The notes beneath the pieces are model-generated. The model was given only the letters and a program-made list of their open reading frames with translations. It was not told the DNA's origin and did not search any database. A stretch of DNA of 64,000 nt from Squalus acanthias (Eukaryota): positions 31,622,001-31,686,000 of the forward strand of contig CM059432.1 in the NCBI GenBank assembly GCA_030390025.1, given 5' to 3'. Positions 37,400-49,215 of this stretch are shown here, piece by piece (position 1 is the stretch's first letter; each line of letters opens with the position of its first letter). Made by a program: the position numbers and the translations under genes.

Positions 37400-40075
37400 G
37401 GGAGCTGATTGACCAGTTGAAACTGGTTTTGTCTGTCACTACAAGCTCCAGCTTGAGCTGAGACTGCAAGACAGAGAGGTGGGAACAGTGACACTAAAGC
37501 TATCTAAAATAGGAAGTTGGTAAGAGTAGGAATTAGGTGAAGAGGAGGAAGGAAGTGCTAAGTAATTTAAACAGAGGGACAACAGCAAAAGAGAAAGAGG
37601 GAGAGAGAGAGGGAGGCACTCTAAGTAAAGAGAACTTTAAGTAAATAACAGTTAATTCCAGTGAAGTGGATGGGCAGCTGAGACCCATTGCCTGCCATTC
37701 CTGTGCCATGAGGGAACTCCAGAACGCTTCTTGCGTCCTGGATAACCACGTGTGCAGGAATTGCCTCCTGCTGCTCAAGCTCAGGGTTTCTGAACTTGAG
37801 GAGCGGCTGGTGTCACTGCAGGGTATATGGGAGGCTGAATGTTTCCCGAATCGCATGTTCCAGGTGGTGGTTACACCGCAGCCACAGAGAGTTTAGGAGG
37901 ACAGTAAGTGAATGGCCATCTGGCAGGGTAGGAAGAAGAGGCAGGCAGTGCAGGAATCCTCTGGGTGTGTGGCACTCACAAACCAGTTTTCAGTGCTTAA
38001 TAGCTGTGAGGGTGACGGCACCTCATGGGAGTACAGTCTAGAGCAAATCCATGGCACTGTGGGGTGAAGGACTGCACAGGGAGGCACAATAAAGTGCAGA
38101 AATGCAGTTGTCATAGGGATTCAATAGTTAGGGGAACAGATAAGCATTTCTCCAACTGCCGACATGACTCTCGCATGGTGTGTTGCCTCCCTGGTGCCAG
38201 GGTAAAGGATGTTATGGAACAGATGCAGTACATTCTGCAAGGGAAAGGGTAACAACTCAAAGTCGTAGTCCATGATGGAATTAATGACATAGGAACGAAA
38301 AGGGTTGAGGTCCTGCAGTCAGAGTTTCAGGAGTTAGGGAGGGAGTTTAAAGAGCAGAACCTCAAAGGTGGTCATTTCTGGATTATTCCCAGTGCCACGT
38401 GCCACAGTATAGAAACAGTAAAATAAAGCAGGTTAATGTGTGGCTGGAGAAATGCAGGAGGGAGGGGTTCAGATTCCTGGGGCATTGGGACCAGTTAAGG
38501 GACAGGAGGGACCTGTACAAGGTGGATGTGTTGCACCTCAACAGGGCTGGACCAATGTCCTTGCGAGGAGGTTAACTAGTACTGTGGGGGAGGGTTTAAA
38601 CTCATTTGGCAGCTAGAGCGGCACTAGGATGAAGCATTAGAAAAGAGAAACAAGGTGCACATAGGACTGGGAGAGACAAATAGGGCTGGATTTTGTCTTG
38701 GGGTCGGGTTGGGGTCGTGTAATCCGCACTTCGTGTTTCCCCCCCGACTCCAGATTAATGTGGATGCCTGATGCAATTTTCACTTAATTGGGCAATTGAG
38801 TTGGAGCATGTGGGAACACATGAACTAATTAGTGTTTTCAGTCTGAAAGTCACCTCTGATGATGTCATCATTGCTGACTGCCTAGTCTCAGAGACTGTTG
38901 GTGAGAGAGGACCTGCCTGGCTTTTGATGTGAGTGGACCTGGATATATATGTGAGAGTGTGAGAGAGAGAGAGAGAGAGTGTCAGAGAGAGAGAGAGAAT
39001 GAACTTTTTGGCCAAGCAAGTCCTCCCAGGCAGTCTCTGAAGACATTCAATGCAGCAGCATCAGAGGCGACTTTCAGACCTAATACTACTACTACTACCT
39101 TCATCACATCTCCGTTGTAATAGTGGACCTGCAGCCGATAGTCAGCTATCCACTTGTGCTCCCGCCAGGTTTCACTGGAGTGTTTCACACCAGGCGTGCT
39201 TCACGTCAGAAGAGGGTTAAACTAGCTACAGCGTTTCAAAATGGTATTACAGAGCCAATTTAGAGCTTGTTAAGGGCTTTAATGGCCTCTCCCGCCTCTT
39301 GAAGGCGGGACGGAGTCGGGAACCCCACGACTGATTCTGTCAAAATTGCATGGAGGCGGGATGGAGTCGGGATGGGGTCGGAAACCCCGACCCCGCAAAT
39401 TTAACCCCCCACACGCCTCCAAACCCGACTCCATGGGTCATTCAAAATCCAGCCCATAGCATTAGAATAAAGAGTAGTTCAGAAATAGGAGGGATCAAAC
39501 AGGGGGGAAATTTGAGGTAGACTAGGATGGGATTGGAGAGCATGTGCGTAAATGCACAGAGTGTGGTAAATAAAGTTGGTCAGCTGCAGGCACAAATTGC
39601 TGCATGGTGGCAAGAATGGAGACCTGGCTCAAACAAGGGGAGGATTGGTTATTTAATATTCCTGGCTACAAAGTATTCAGGAAAGATAGGGAAGGAAAAA
39701 AAGAGGGTGGGGTGGCAGTATTGATCAAAGATACAGTAATGGAAAGGGATTATGTACTTGAGGGTTCAAAGACAGAATCCATTTGGTTAGAAATAAGGAA
39801 CAATAGAGGAGCTATTATGCTGCCGGGTATATACTACTAGGCCACTAAATAGTAGGAAGGAGATAGAGGAGAAAAATTTGCAGGCAAATTTCAGAAAGAT
39901 GCAAGAACTGTAGAGTAGTGATAATGGGGGACTTCAATTATCCTAATATAGACTAGGAAAATAACAGTGTAAGGGCAAAGAGGGGGAGGAATTCCTGAAA
40001 TGTGTACAAGAGAACTTTCTTGATCAATATGTATCCAGCCCAACGAGGAAGGAAGCAGTGTTGGATCTGGTTCTT
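37400..40075 (+). mobile_element. CR1 5' part: ORF1 (Cys finger and SGNH esterase) plus start of ORF2 endonuclease, decayed
   Basis: CHSC..HVCRNC, DSIVRGTD...VCCLPGARVKDV, CVNAQSVVNK, ETWL, MGDFN. Split by the MITE at 38683-39455. Confidence 0.88.
38683..39455 (+). mobile_element. non-autonomous MITE of the 12856-18950 Harbinger family
   Basis: Perfect TIR GGGCTGGATTTT, TSD ATA, both subtermini homologous to the autonomous copy. Confidence 0.93.
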
Positions 40076-40649
40076 CACTTTAACCTCAACTCCATATCAA
40101 GGAACCGTCTGGGGTTTACCACCCATTCTATGCCTAGGAGCTAATGATGCCTAAATGTGACTCATCAAGCTGTTTTACATCAACCAGTTCGGATTATATT
40201 AGCAGTTACACTACCAACCACCCATCAGGATCCGCACAAGCAACTGAATGTATGAATTAACCCTTTCTTGCCGATGATGCTGTCTTAAATCTTACTTCAC
40301 TTGCTCAAGAAACTTTGTTCATTTAAGTGACACTTATAATCTGCCTGTATCTGTCTGGTATATCCGTACAATCTTAATTTCTGGAACTTTTCTCCCTGTC
40401 GTTCCAGTTTTACAGAGACATTTTTCTACGTACACTAGAGAAAGAAATCCTACACCTTCTTCTACAAAGACTACTACAAGAACTATTAAAAGAACTAGAA
40501 TTAAACTGAGAACTTTAGTGTCTAAAACATCATCTTGTACATCCTTAATTTCCAAAGAAACCTTTCAATTCTAAGTGACACCTGTTAAAAGAGTTCTGCC
40601 CATGTTATCATCCCTGATGACCTCCAATGGTGGCAGAATAAGTAAATTC

Positions 40650-41130
40650 AATTAAAGAGAAGGAAACTATTAGTCGTTTCAGCATGCTGTGGATAAATGG
40701 AGTTTAGAAATCAATTAAAATTAAAGAAGAGGGCCCATGGGGACTATAAAATAATAATTATAAAACTCAGGGAGAAGAGGTTAAGAGAGGGCTAAGGAAA
40801 GCTTATGAGGGGGAAAAAAATCATAAAACAGCAAAAGGAACAGTAAAGTATTCTGCAAGTCTATGAGTAAAAAAGAGAATTGTTAAAAGTGAGTTGGGAC
40901 CCTTGAGATTTGTAGATGATGATCAAAAAATGGCAGAGGTATTTAAGTTATTTGCATCGGTCTTTATTAAAGAGAACAATATCAGAGAGGAGGTGAATCC
41001 TGAAGTGGTTGAGAGCAACTGAGAAATATTATATGAATAAAAGGAACATTTTAGATAAGTTAATTTGGCTAAAGGAAGACAAAGCACCAGGACTAGGATA
41101 CTGAGGGAGATGAGTGAAGAGATTGCTTTG
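40650..41130 (+). mobile_element. old CR1 ORF2 fragment
   Basis: Degenerate MAEVL..YFASVF.KE and KAPG text (atggcagaggta, tttgcatcggtcttt, gacaaagcaccagga). Confidence 0.6.
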
Positions 41131-41503
41131 ACCGGGTGTGGGAATCAGGTGGGGGTGGGGGGTGGCGAGGCGAGCACTAAAACCCCCTGACCTCGGCAGC
41201 ATGAGGCCTGGGTGATTTTAGCTCCTGGGCCTCACCTGCATGCTTCAGGTTTGCTGCCCACGCAAAACCTGTTTGCGTCTCTTTTGGTTCCGAGTCCGCT
41301 TCCCAGTGTCTTCACTTAGCAGAAAAGCCACGATAGCTTGCCTGCTCAGGTCAGAATTAAAATTGCAATCAGGGCCTGATGACATCATCAAAGACTGATC
41401 TGCATATTTAAGGAAGGAGCCCACTGGCTTCAGGTGAGTGTCCTTGCCGCCTGCACAGAACAACAGCCTAAAACAAATCCACAGGCCCACGTACAGCTAT
41501 CTA

Positions 41504-41782
41504 AGAAAGACTTACATTATATACTACCTTTCATGACCACCAGATGTCCCAAACTGCTTTAAAGCCAATGAAGTACTTTTTGAAGTGTAGGAAATACAGC
41601 AGCCAATTTGCGCATAGCAAGGTCCCACAAACAGCAATGTGATAATAACCAAATATTCTGTTTTTAGCAATGATGATTGAGGGATAAATATTGGCCAGGA
41701 CTATGGGGTCAGGAGAACTCCCCTGCTCTTCTTCGAAATAGTGCCATGGGATCTTTTATGTCTTCCTGAGAGGGCAGACGGG
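41504..41782 (-). mobile_element. DeuSINE 3' half
   Basis: Reverse complement of the DeuSINE tail and core. Confidence 0.8.
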
Positions 41783-41853
41783 ATCTCTCTTACCTTATAT
41801 CTCAGCATGGAGCCTCTCAGCATCCCTGACTGACTATAGCATGAGATGCCTCT

Positions 41854-42288
41854 GGGCTGGATTTTCATAGACCCGTGGAGGCGGGTTTGGAGGCGTGTGG
41901 GGGGTTAAAATTGCGAAAAGTGGCGGGCGGACCCGATCCTGCCTCCATTCCGCCTCCACGCAATTTTGATGAAATCGTGTGCGGTGGTCTCGTCTCCGTC
42001 CCGCCTCCAAGAGGCGGGAGAGGCCATTAAAGCCCTTAACAAGCCCTAAATTGGCTCTGTAATGCCATTTTGAAACGTTTAAGCTAGTTTAACCCTTTTC
42101 CCACGTGAAGCACGCCTGATCTGAAACACGCCAGTGAAACCTGGTGGGAGCACAAGTGGATAGCTGACTATCGGAGATGTGATGAAGGTAGTAGTATTAG
42201 GTCTGAAAGTCGCCTCTGAGGCTGCTGCATTGAATGTCTTCAGAGACTGCCTGGCCTTTGCTGTGAGAGGACCTGGATGCAAAAAAAA

Positions 42289-42327
<39 letters not shown>

Positions 42328-42588
42328 CTGCTGCTCATTTTGCATCCAGATCCTCTCACAGCAAAGGCCAGGCAGTGTCTGACCTGCAATGCAGCATCAA
42401 TGATGACATCATCAGAGGCGACTTTCAGACTGAAACCACTAATTGGTTCATGGGTTCCCACATGCTGGAACTCAATTGCCCAATTAGGTGAAAATTGCAT
42501 CAATCTCCCACATCAAATTGCAGGCAGGTGGATAACACGAAATGCGGATGACACGACCCCAACCCGCCCCAGTATCAAAATCCAGCCC
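41854..42588 (-). mobile_element. non-autonomous MITE of the 12856-18950 Harbinger family (inverted)
   Basis: Perfect TIR GGGCTGGATTTT, TSD TCT (41851-41853; 42589-42591). Right end is the reverse complement of 12856-13060. Confidence 0.94.
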
Positions 42589-43010
42589 TCTGTGTCTGAC
42601 TGTTCCAAGCTGCCTTTTCTAGAGCGAGAGAAAATAAAGACTATCCTCTGGCTTCTCCTGCAACTCATTAAGGAGTGGCTGGCTAAGCTGCCAAGTGAAG
42701 TTGCCACGTTGAATGAAATAGTGGCCCTTTGCTGTGAAAGCTCATAACATTGGTATTGTCCATTCAGCTTAGCCCCCTTGCTAGCACATTGAATGAAAAT
42801 CCATTCTAGCGTCAGGTTGTGAACTGCTCTGGGAGGTATTAAACAGCTCCCCTTTGTCTCAAAGCTAATGTGACCTGCAAATGAACACAGTTAGATGGCT
42901 GTTCCATCTAGAATTCTACGTAAAAATCATAAATGGCTTGTATAGCTCTGGGAATTAAACTTTTGTAAACTGAACCTAAATTTATATCAATAACTAACCA
43001 AAATCCCTTC

Positions 43011-43192
43011 TACCAAAGCAAAATACTGCAGAAGCTGGAAATCCGAAATAAAAACAGAAAATGCTGGAAATATTCAGCAGTTCAGGCAGCATCTGTAGAG
43101 CGAGAAACAGCAGTTCTGAGGAAAGATCGTCAACCTGAAACGTTAACTCTGTTTCTCGCTCCACAGATGCTGCCTGACCTGCTGAGTATTTT
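43011..43192. mobile_element. short fold-back Penelope pLTR insertion with a degenerate hammerhead (43112-43148, +)
   Basis: 12-bp TSD CAAAATCCCTTC (42999-43010; 43193-43204). agttCTGAGGA...GAAAcgttaact. Confidence 0.85.
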
Positions 43193-43652
43193 CAAAATCC
43201 CTTCCAGGTCAAATAGGTTAAAAATGTTACATTACCCAAAATCCAAAGTGGAAAAGGATCGAAAGAGAGATTAGATATTAGGGACACTCATATTCTCAGC
43301 ATCAAGATATCTAAAAGTGTTCTAATTGAGGGACCCACCCCAAATCATAAACATCTCTTTCTTTTGCAGATGCTGGCAAACTGCTGAGAATTCCCTGCAT
43401 TTTCTATTTTTATATCTGAAAGACAAATTCCCCTATATAAATTGTAGAACTCACATGATTTATACCACAGGCATATTCGGAGACCAGCAATAAACAAAAT
43501 CCTGTGACAGCTGTTATGTCGGGGCAGCAGTCAATACAAACTGCCTGGTGGTGGTGCAATTGGCTAAATCAACCTATAACAAGCTCAATACCACCACCGA
43601 TACGATAGCAAAATACTGCGGATGCTGGAAATCTGAAATAACAACAGAAAAC

Positions 43653-44014
43653 CTCGGGTGACTGTCTGTGTGGAGTTTGCACATTCTCCCCGTGTCTGCG
43701 TGGGTTTCCTCCGGGTGCTCCGGTTTCCTCCCACAGTCCAAAAATGTGTGGGTTAGGTTGATTTGGCTATGATAAATTGACCCTTAGTGTTAGGGGGGGA
43801 TTAAATATGTGGGGTTATGGGGATAGGATGGGATATGTTAGGGGGAATTAAATACGTGGGGTTACAGGGGTAGGGTGGGATATATGTGTACTGTGGGGAT
43901 TAAGCAGGGACAGGGTACTGGATTTGGATGATCAGCCATGATCGTATTGAATGGTGGAGCAGGCTCGACGGGCCAAATGGCCTACTCCTGCTCCTAGATT
44001 CTATGTTTCTATGT
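43653..44014 (+). mobile_element. 5'-truncated V-SINE (HE1-like) with CR1-type tail
   Basis: V-domain tgtgtggagtttgcacattctccccgtgtctgcgtgggtttcctccgggtgctccggtttcctccc. Tail matches the CR1 3' UTR at 15030-15137. TSD AAAAC (43648-43652; 44015-44019). Confidence 0.88.
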
Positions 44015-44067
44015 AAAACGCTGGAAAAACTCAGCAGGCCAGGCAGCATCCGTGGAGAGAGAAAGAG

Positions 44068-44104
44068 AGTTAACGTTTCAGGTCGATGACCTTTCGTCAG
44101 AACT
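44068..44104 (-). ncRNA. minimal hammerhead ribozyme motif in the Penelope pLTR (sense to the ORF)
   Basis: rc = AGTT CTGACGA A AGGTC ATC GACCT GAAA CG TT AACT. Confidence 0.82.
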
Positions 44105-44380
44105 GGGAAGAGCCGGAAATCAAATAGATTTAAGGCCAGGTGAAGCTGGGAAAAGGGGGAGGGGATAAAAGAACAAAGGGGGAGATGAAGAGACATTAAG
44201 AGACATTAAGAGATATGCAAGGCTAGAGGTGGTGTTAATGTGACAGATTAAGGCTGAAAGAAGTGTGAAATCCACTGGCAGAATGAAGGACAGCTGCCAG
44301 CTTCTAGGAGGAAAAAAAAGGTGGGGGGGGGCAAATAAAAGGGTGGAAAAAATAAAATATAAATGTGATTGGAGCTGAGG

Positions 44381-45171
44381 TTATGATCTAAAATTGTTGA
44401 ACTCGATATTGAGTCCAGAGGGCTGTAGCGTGCCTAAATGAAAGATGAGGTGCTGTTCCTCGAGCTTACGCTGCGCTTCTGTGGAACAGTGTAATAGGCC
44501 GAGGACGGTGAGGTCAGAGTGGGAGTGAAGTGGTGAATTAAAGTGACAGGCGACCGGGAGCTTGGGGTCCCCCTTACGGACTGAACGGAGGTGTTCCGCA
44601 AAGCGGTCACCCAATCTGCGTTTGGTCTCCCCAATGTAGAGGAGACCACATCGTGAGCAGCGAATACAGTATACTAAATTGCAGGAAGTACAAGTAAATC
44701 GCTGTTTCACCTGGAAGGGGTGTTTGGGGCCCTGGACAGTGGGAAGAGGGGAGGTGTAAGGGCATGTGTTGCTTCTCCTGCGCGTGCACGGGAAGGTGCC
44801 GGGCGAAGGGGAAGGGGTGCTGGGGGTGGTAGAGGAGTGGACTAGGGTGTCGCGGAGGGAGCGGTCCCTGCGGAATGCTGAAAGGGGAGGTGAGGGGAAG
44901 ATGTGTTTGGTGGTGGGATCACGCTGGAGGTGGCGGAAATGGCGGAGGATGATCCGTTGAATGTGAAGGCTGGTGGGGTGAAAGGTGAGGACAAGGGGAA
45001 CCCTATCGTGGTTCCGGGAGGGAGGGGCAGGGGTGAGGGCAGAAGTGCGGGAGATAGAACGGACACGGTCGAGGGCCGTGTCGACCACGGTAGAGGGGAA
45101 TCCTCGGTTGAGGAAAAAGGAAGACATGTCGGAAGCACTGGTATGGAAGGTGGCATCATCAGAGCAGATGC
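44381..45171 (-). CDS. Penelope ORF C-terminus: RT thumb remnant, linker and GIY-YIG endonuclease (partial)
   Basis: ICSDD...FLNRGFP, FTCTSCNLVYCIRCSRCGLLYIGETKRRLGDRFAEH...VACHF...RKLEEQHLIFHLGTLQPSGLN. Confidence 0.93.
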
Positions 45172-45237
45172 AGGTTGCTGGAGTGTGCATGAAGAAATCG
45201 AGGCAAAATTACTTTTTTTATTACAACAAAATCCATT

Positions 45238-46006
45238 GAGGGAAAAATTGGGTCGCGCCCCCTCTGGGGCGCTAACTTTGCCGGGACACTACTTTTAGTG
45301 CCCTGAAAAAATTAGCAGCCCCGCGCCCGAAATTCACCGGTAGCGCCCCAAGAGGGAAGCGGGGTGCTACTGGAAGCGTCCCGCCTCCCTCTTGGGATGC
45401 TGCTAGTGAATATCGCGGCACTACGTGCCGCAACGCCACGCACTGCGGCACGTCGCGTCACGGTACTGCAGGCCTTCCTCCCCTTCTTAAAGGAGAGGGG
45501 CCTAACGCTGCGCGACCCGGGCCCAGATGGGCCACCAGGGAACGGAGTGCCGGCAAAAGAGCCCGGCACTCAAGAGAAGTGCCGGGCTCATGGAGCGCAG
45601 CCGGTACTCCACGGGGAGGCTTCAGAGGAGGCCGGGGACGGCAGAGAGGGCAGGTGCTGGCAGACAGCCAGCAACAAAAATGGCCGCCCAGCACCTCCCC
45701 TTTAATTTGCGCCGCCCCAGCCACAGGTAGGCCCCCCTGACCCCGTCAGACATAGCGTCTGGCGGTATGTCAGGGGTGCTACCGAAGATCGCAGCCAGGG
45801 CGCGAGCGGGGCGCTGCGCACGGCGATGACGTCATTGTCGGTGGTGCAGCACCATGGGGCGCTAACGGTTACCGCCGCCGCTAACCTCCCGCTGAATTTC
45901 GCGGGAGGTATTGGCGGCGCCGCGCCCAGGTGCTAGTTGCTTTGCGCCCCATTAGCGCCCTCTTAGGGTGCTAACGGGAGGTGCAAAGCAACCGAATTTT
46001 TAGGCC
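45238..46006 (-). mobile_element. GC-rich Harbinger-like MITE
   Basis: Termini GAGGGAAAAATT / GGCCTAAAAATT (rc). TSD ATT (45235-45237; 46007-46009). Inverted relative of 7871-8573. Confidence 0.8.
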
Positions 46007-46448
46007 ATTGGCTATAAACTACTTTTTTTCTTTTTAATTTTTTTATAAGTTTTTTTGTGCTCAATAAAGTGAAAGATGTTGGAATGGAACGCTTTTAGGC
46101 CACCTAGTGTCACCACCAAGCACTCCCAGGTCAGTTATAGCACAGTTAGATGCAGAGCAACACCATTGTGCCCCAACACCATGCCCAGCACAAACCCCAG
46201 AGAAACAACCAGTATCAACCATTGACCTATTTGAGTAGCAATTCCAGTTAGTGCCCTATGAGCAGCAGCTTTGTGTTATCGGCCTTTGACAACTATGAAG
46301 CCTCCCTCGAGTCGAGCTACAGGTCAGAGAATTATGGCTGCAGTGTTGTAGCCCTATCTCGAACCTATGCTCCCATCCAGTGATACTTCTCTGCTGTGAG
46401 ATCTGGCTAGTGGAATCTCCCTTTGATTGCGACTGCACTTTGATTGTA

Positions 46449-46902
46449 GTCAGCCTGGGTTCAGTGGGTAGTACTTTCGCTTCTCAGGCAGAAGGTCGTA
46501 GATTTAAGTCCCATTCCAGAGACTTCAACACATAATCTAGGCCGGCATGTTAGTGCAGCACTGAGGAAGAGCGATGCTGTCAGAGGTGCCGTCTTTCAGA
46601 TGTGATGTTGAACTGAGGCTCCAACTGCCCTCTCAGGTGAACGTAAAAGATCCCACAGCACTTTTCAAAGAAGAGCATGGGAGTTCTCCTGGCCAATATT
46701 TATCCCTCAATCAATATCACTAAAAAATAGATTCTCTGGTCATTATCACATTGCTGTTTGTGGGACCTTGCTGTGTGCAAATTGGCTGCGTGTTTCCCTA
46801 CATTACAACAGTGACTAAACTTCCAAAGTAATTCACTGACTGTGAAGTGCTTTGGGATGTCCTGAAGTCGTGAAAGTCACTATATAAATGCAAGTTTTTT
46901 CT
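46449..46902 (+). mobile_element. DeuSINE (SacSINE1-like), full length
   Basis: Same head, core and tail as 31608-32067. Confidence 0.87.
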
Positions 46903-47779
46903 TTGCCCAAACTAATTTCACAGAGGACCTTTAAACAGACAGAGGAGACTTTCATCCTGCCATTCTGGTCTATATTTGAACTCAGGTCCCAGATCAAACC
47001 CCTTGCATCTCCCAGTTCCCCAGCCTACTTTTGTTTCCCAACAAAAATTAAATTATGTTTGAAAAAATTACTGCAAGTGATTGCTGACTCCTCAGCTTTC
47101 AGAAAAATTGCAAAATGATACTTTGTTACCACTAAAATATTTGGCTCAACATAATGGAAATGTTGAAAATCTGTAATTAAAGGTGAAAATCCAGGAAATA
47201 TGCAGCATCTGAAAAAAGGTTACTACTTCAGGTCGTGACCCTTCACTTGGGATGGCATTTCTTAAAAAGAGCCAAGCCGATTGATCAGGCAGAAACTTCC
47301 CCTTCTGAAGCCTTGTTGGCTGCTGTTTCACCGGTTATTATCGTAACTAATTCTTGGGTTTATGCTTGGAAGAGAGCAATTTGCTGAGTGTGAGAGGCTA
47401 CGAGGTTTTAGGTCCATATAAATAAGTGTGCAAGTTAAAGAGTGACACTGAATGAAAGATGTGAAAAGGGAAAGGGATAAAGGGAGAGTGCAGAAGAGAG
47501 GCCAAGGGGGAAAAATTTGAAGATAAGCTCGTGGATTTATTTCTTTGGTCAGTCTGATACACGTAGAAATCCATCACAATATTTAAGAGTCTCCAAACCT
47601 GGCTACTGAGAAATGTACACAATTTCTGTTCGCTCAGCCTGGTGTATGAACTTTCCTCTGTAGGGACACACCCTACCTACCCATGTCCAGAGAGCTTAAG
47701 CACAGGTTAGCAGATCAGAGGTATAGGGACCTCCAAGTATACACAGGAGTACAACTAGATAACCAGATAAAACCATGGA

Positions 47780-49215
47780 GCCTATTAGCATTGACCAAAT
47801 CCTCATCCTCAATGACTTCAGTATCACCCTCACTTGCAATTGCTTCACCTATCCTGTCCGCATTAAACCTCACACTCACAAGTCTTCCAGCTACACCCAA
47901 AGCCACCCTTGTCATCATGTAAACCCTCTCCACCTCTGATGTCATGACTGGCTCCAATGACATTTCTGACAACTTCTTCACTGCCTCCCCCTTCACCACC
48001 CACATCCCCTTTGTCACTCCAACCCATCTACTTTCACCCTCCAATGCTGTATCCCTCACTAACACCCTCTTTAACTCTCAACTTTGTCTTCACTAGTTGA
48101 TCACCCATCATTACATCCACTGATCTGATCACGAAATGACCTTCGACTCCCCTCATCCCCATTAGATCCCTGACATTCCCTCACCTTCACAGATTCTCAT
48201 GGTACAATAATCACCTTCACAGCCTCAAAGATAAGGGCTGGAGGCTCAAGCTCTCATGGCTAACAACCGGCCTGTTGCATGTCTCTGAATCTGGCTTCAC
48301 TCACTCAAGATGAACTCCCTCTTCCCCTCAACGAACAAAACCTCATTACTGCAGAGTCATCCTAGAGAGCAAAAATAATTCCAAATACCTCTTCTGCATC
48401 ACAAACCGCGTCCTCCACCCTCCTTCCCTTCCCACTATCCCTGCTCCATCAACTCTGATACTCAATGCAAGAAGCTCATGGATTTCTTCATCTCCAAAAT
48501 GAAAAACGTCAGCTTGGCTGGCTCAGCCGCCTCTGACCTCATCGTCCCCTCTGTTCCTAGCCTCTACTCTATAACACTGTAATTTCTCCCCCTTAGCTCT
48601 TATCAGACTAATTTTCTTCAGAAGATCCACCACATGTTCCATTGATCCCCTCTTAACTCAGTTCCTCAATGGTTAACTTCTACTCCTCAGCCTAATTCTC
48701 ACTGACATAATCAGCCTCTCCCTCTCCTCCGGCATCATTTCCCTTCCCTCAGAATAGCTGCCAACTCTCCTCATTAACGAATTACCCATCTCCAACCACC
48801 TTTCTTCAAATACATCTTTGCCAACCAATTCCACGGCCACCTCCTCCACCACTTCTTACTCATGCAGTGCCAGTCTGATTTGCATCTCACCCATAGCACC
48901 AACACTGCCCTGATCAAAGTCATCAGTAAAATGTGGGACTTGTTCCCTCCTCATCCTATTCACAGTTAATCCCTCTTCCACCTGCATCATCCACCTCTAC
49001 TGGTTTAATTCCTACCTGTGCCAATGCAAGTTCTTTTCCCCATGCCCATACAATCACCTCTGATATGCCCTAAGGCTCCGTCCTTGGCCCACTCCTACAC
49101 ATTGCCCTTTACTAACATCATCTGCCAGTTGGGGTCAGTAAGACGATGATATCCAAATCTGTCTCTCCACCACCACCCTTTATTCGATAACTGCTGCAGT
49201 GCTGTCTGCTCCCAT
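47780..49215 (+). mobile_element. highly decayed L2 ORF2
   Basis: C/T-rich strand with L2 remnants (catagcaccaacactgccctgatcaaagtc = HSTNTALIKV; gatatgccctaaggctccgtccttggccc similar to [10 protein letters not shown]). Confidence 0.7.

Larger units (their letters stand above)
43607..45171 (-). mobile_element. 5'-truncated Penelope-like retroelement (ORF C-terminus, 3' UTR and pLTR)
   Basis: GIY-YIG ORF followed by a pLTR with hammerhead. The pLTR is split by a V-SINE. Confidence 0.92.

Noticed and set aside
40076..40650. Mitochondrial insertion (NUMT)
   Set aside because: G-poor and CTA-rich, but the translation is E/K-rich, contains AGA codons and resembles no vertebrate mitochondrial protein I recognise.
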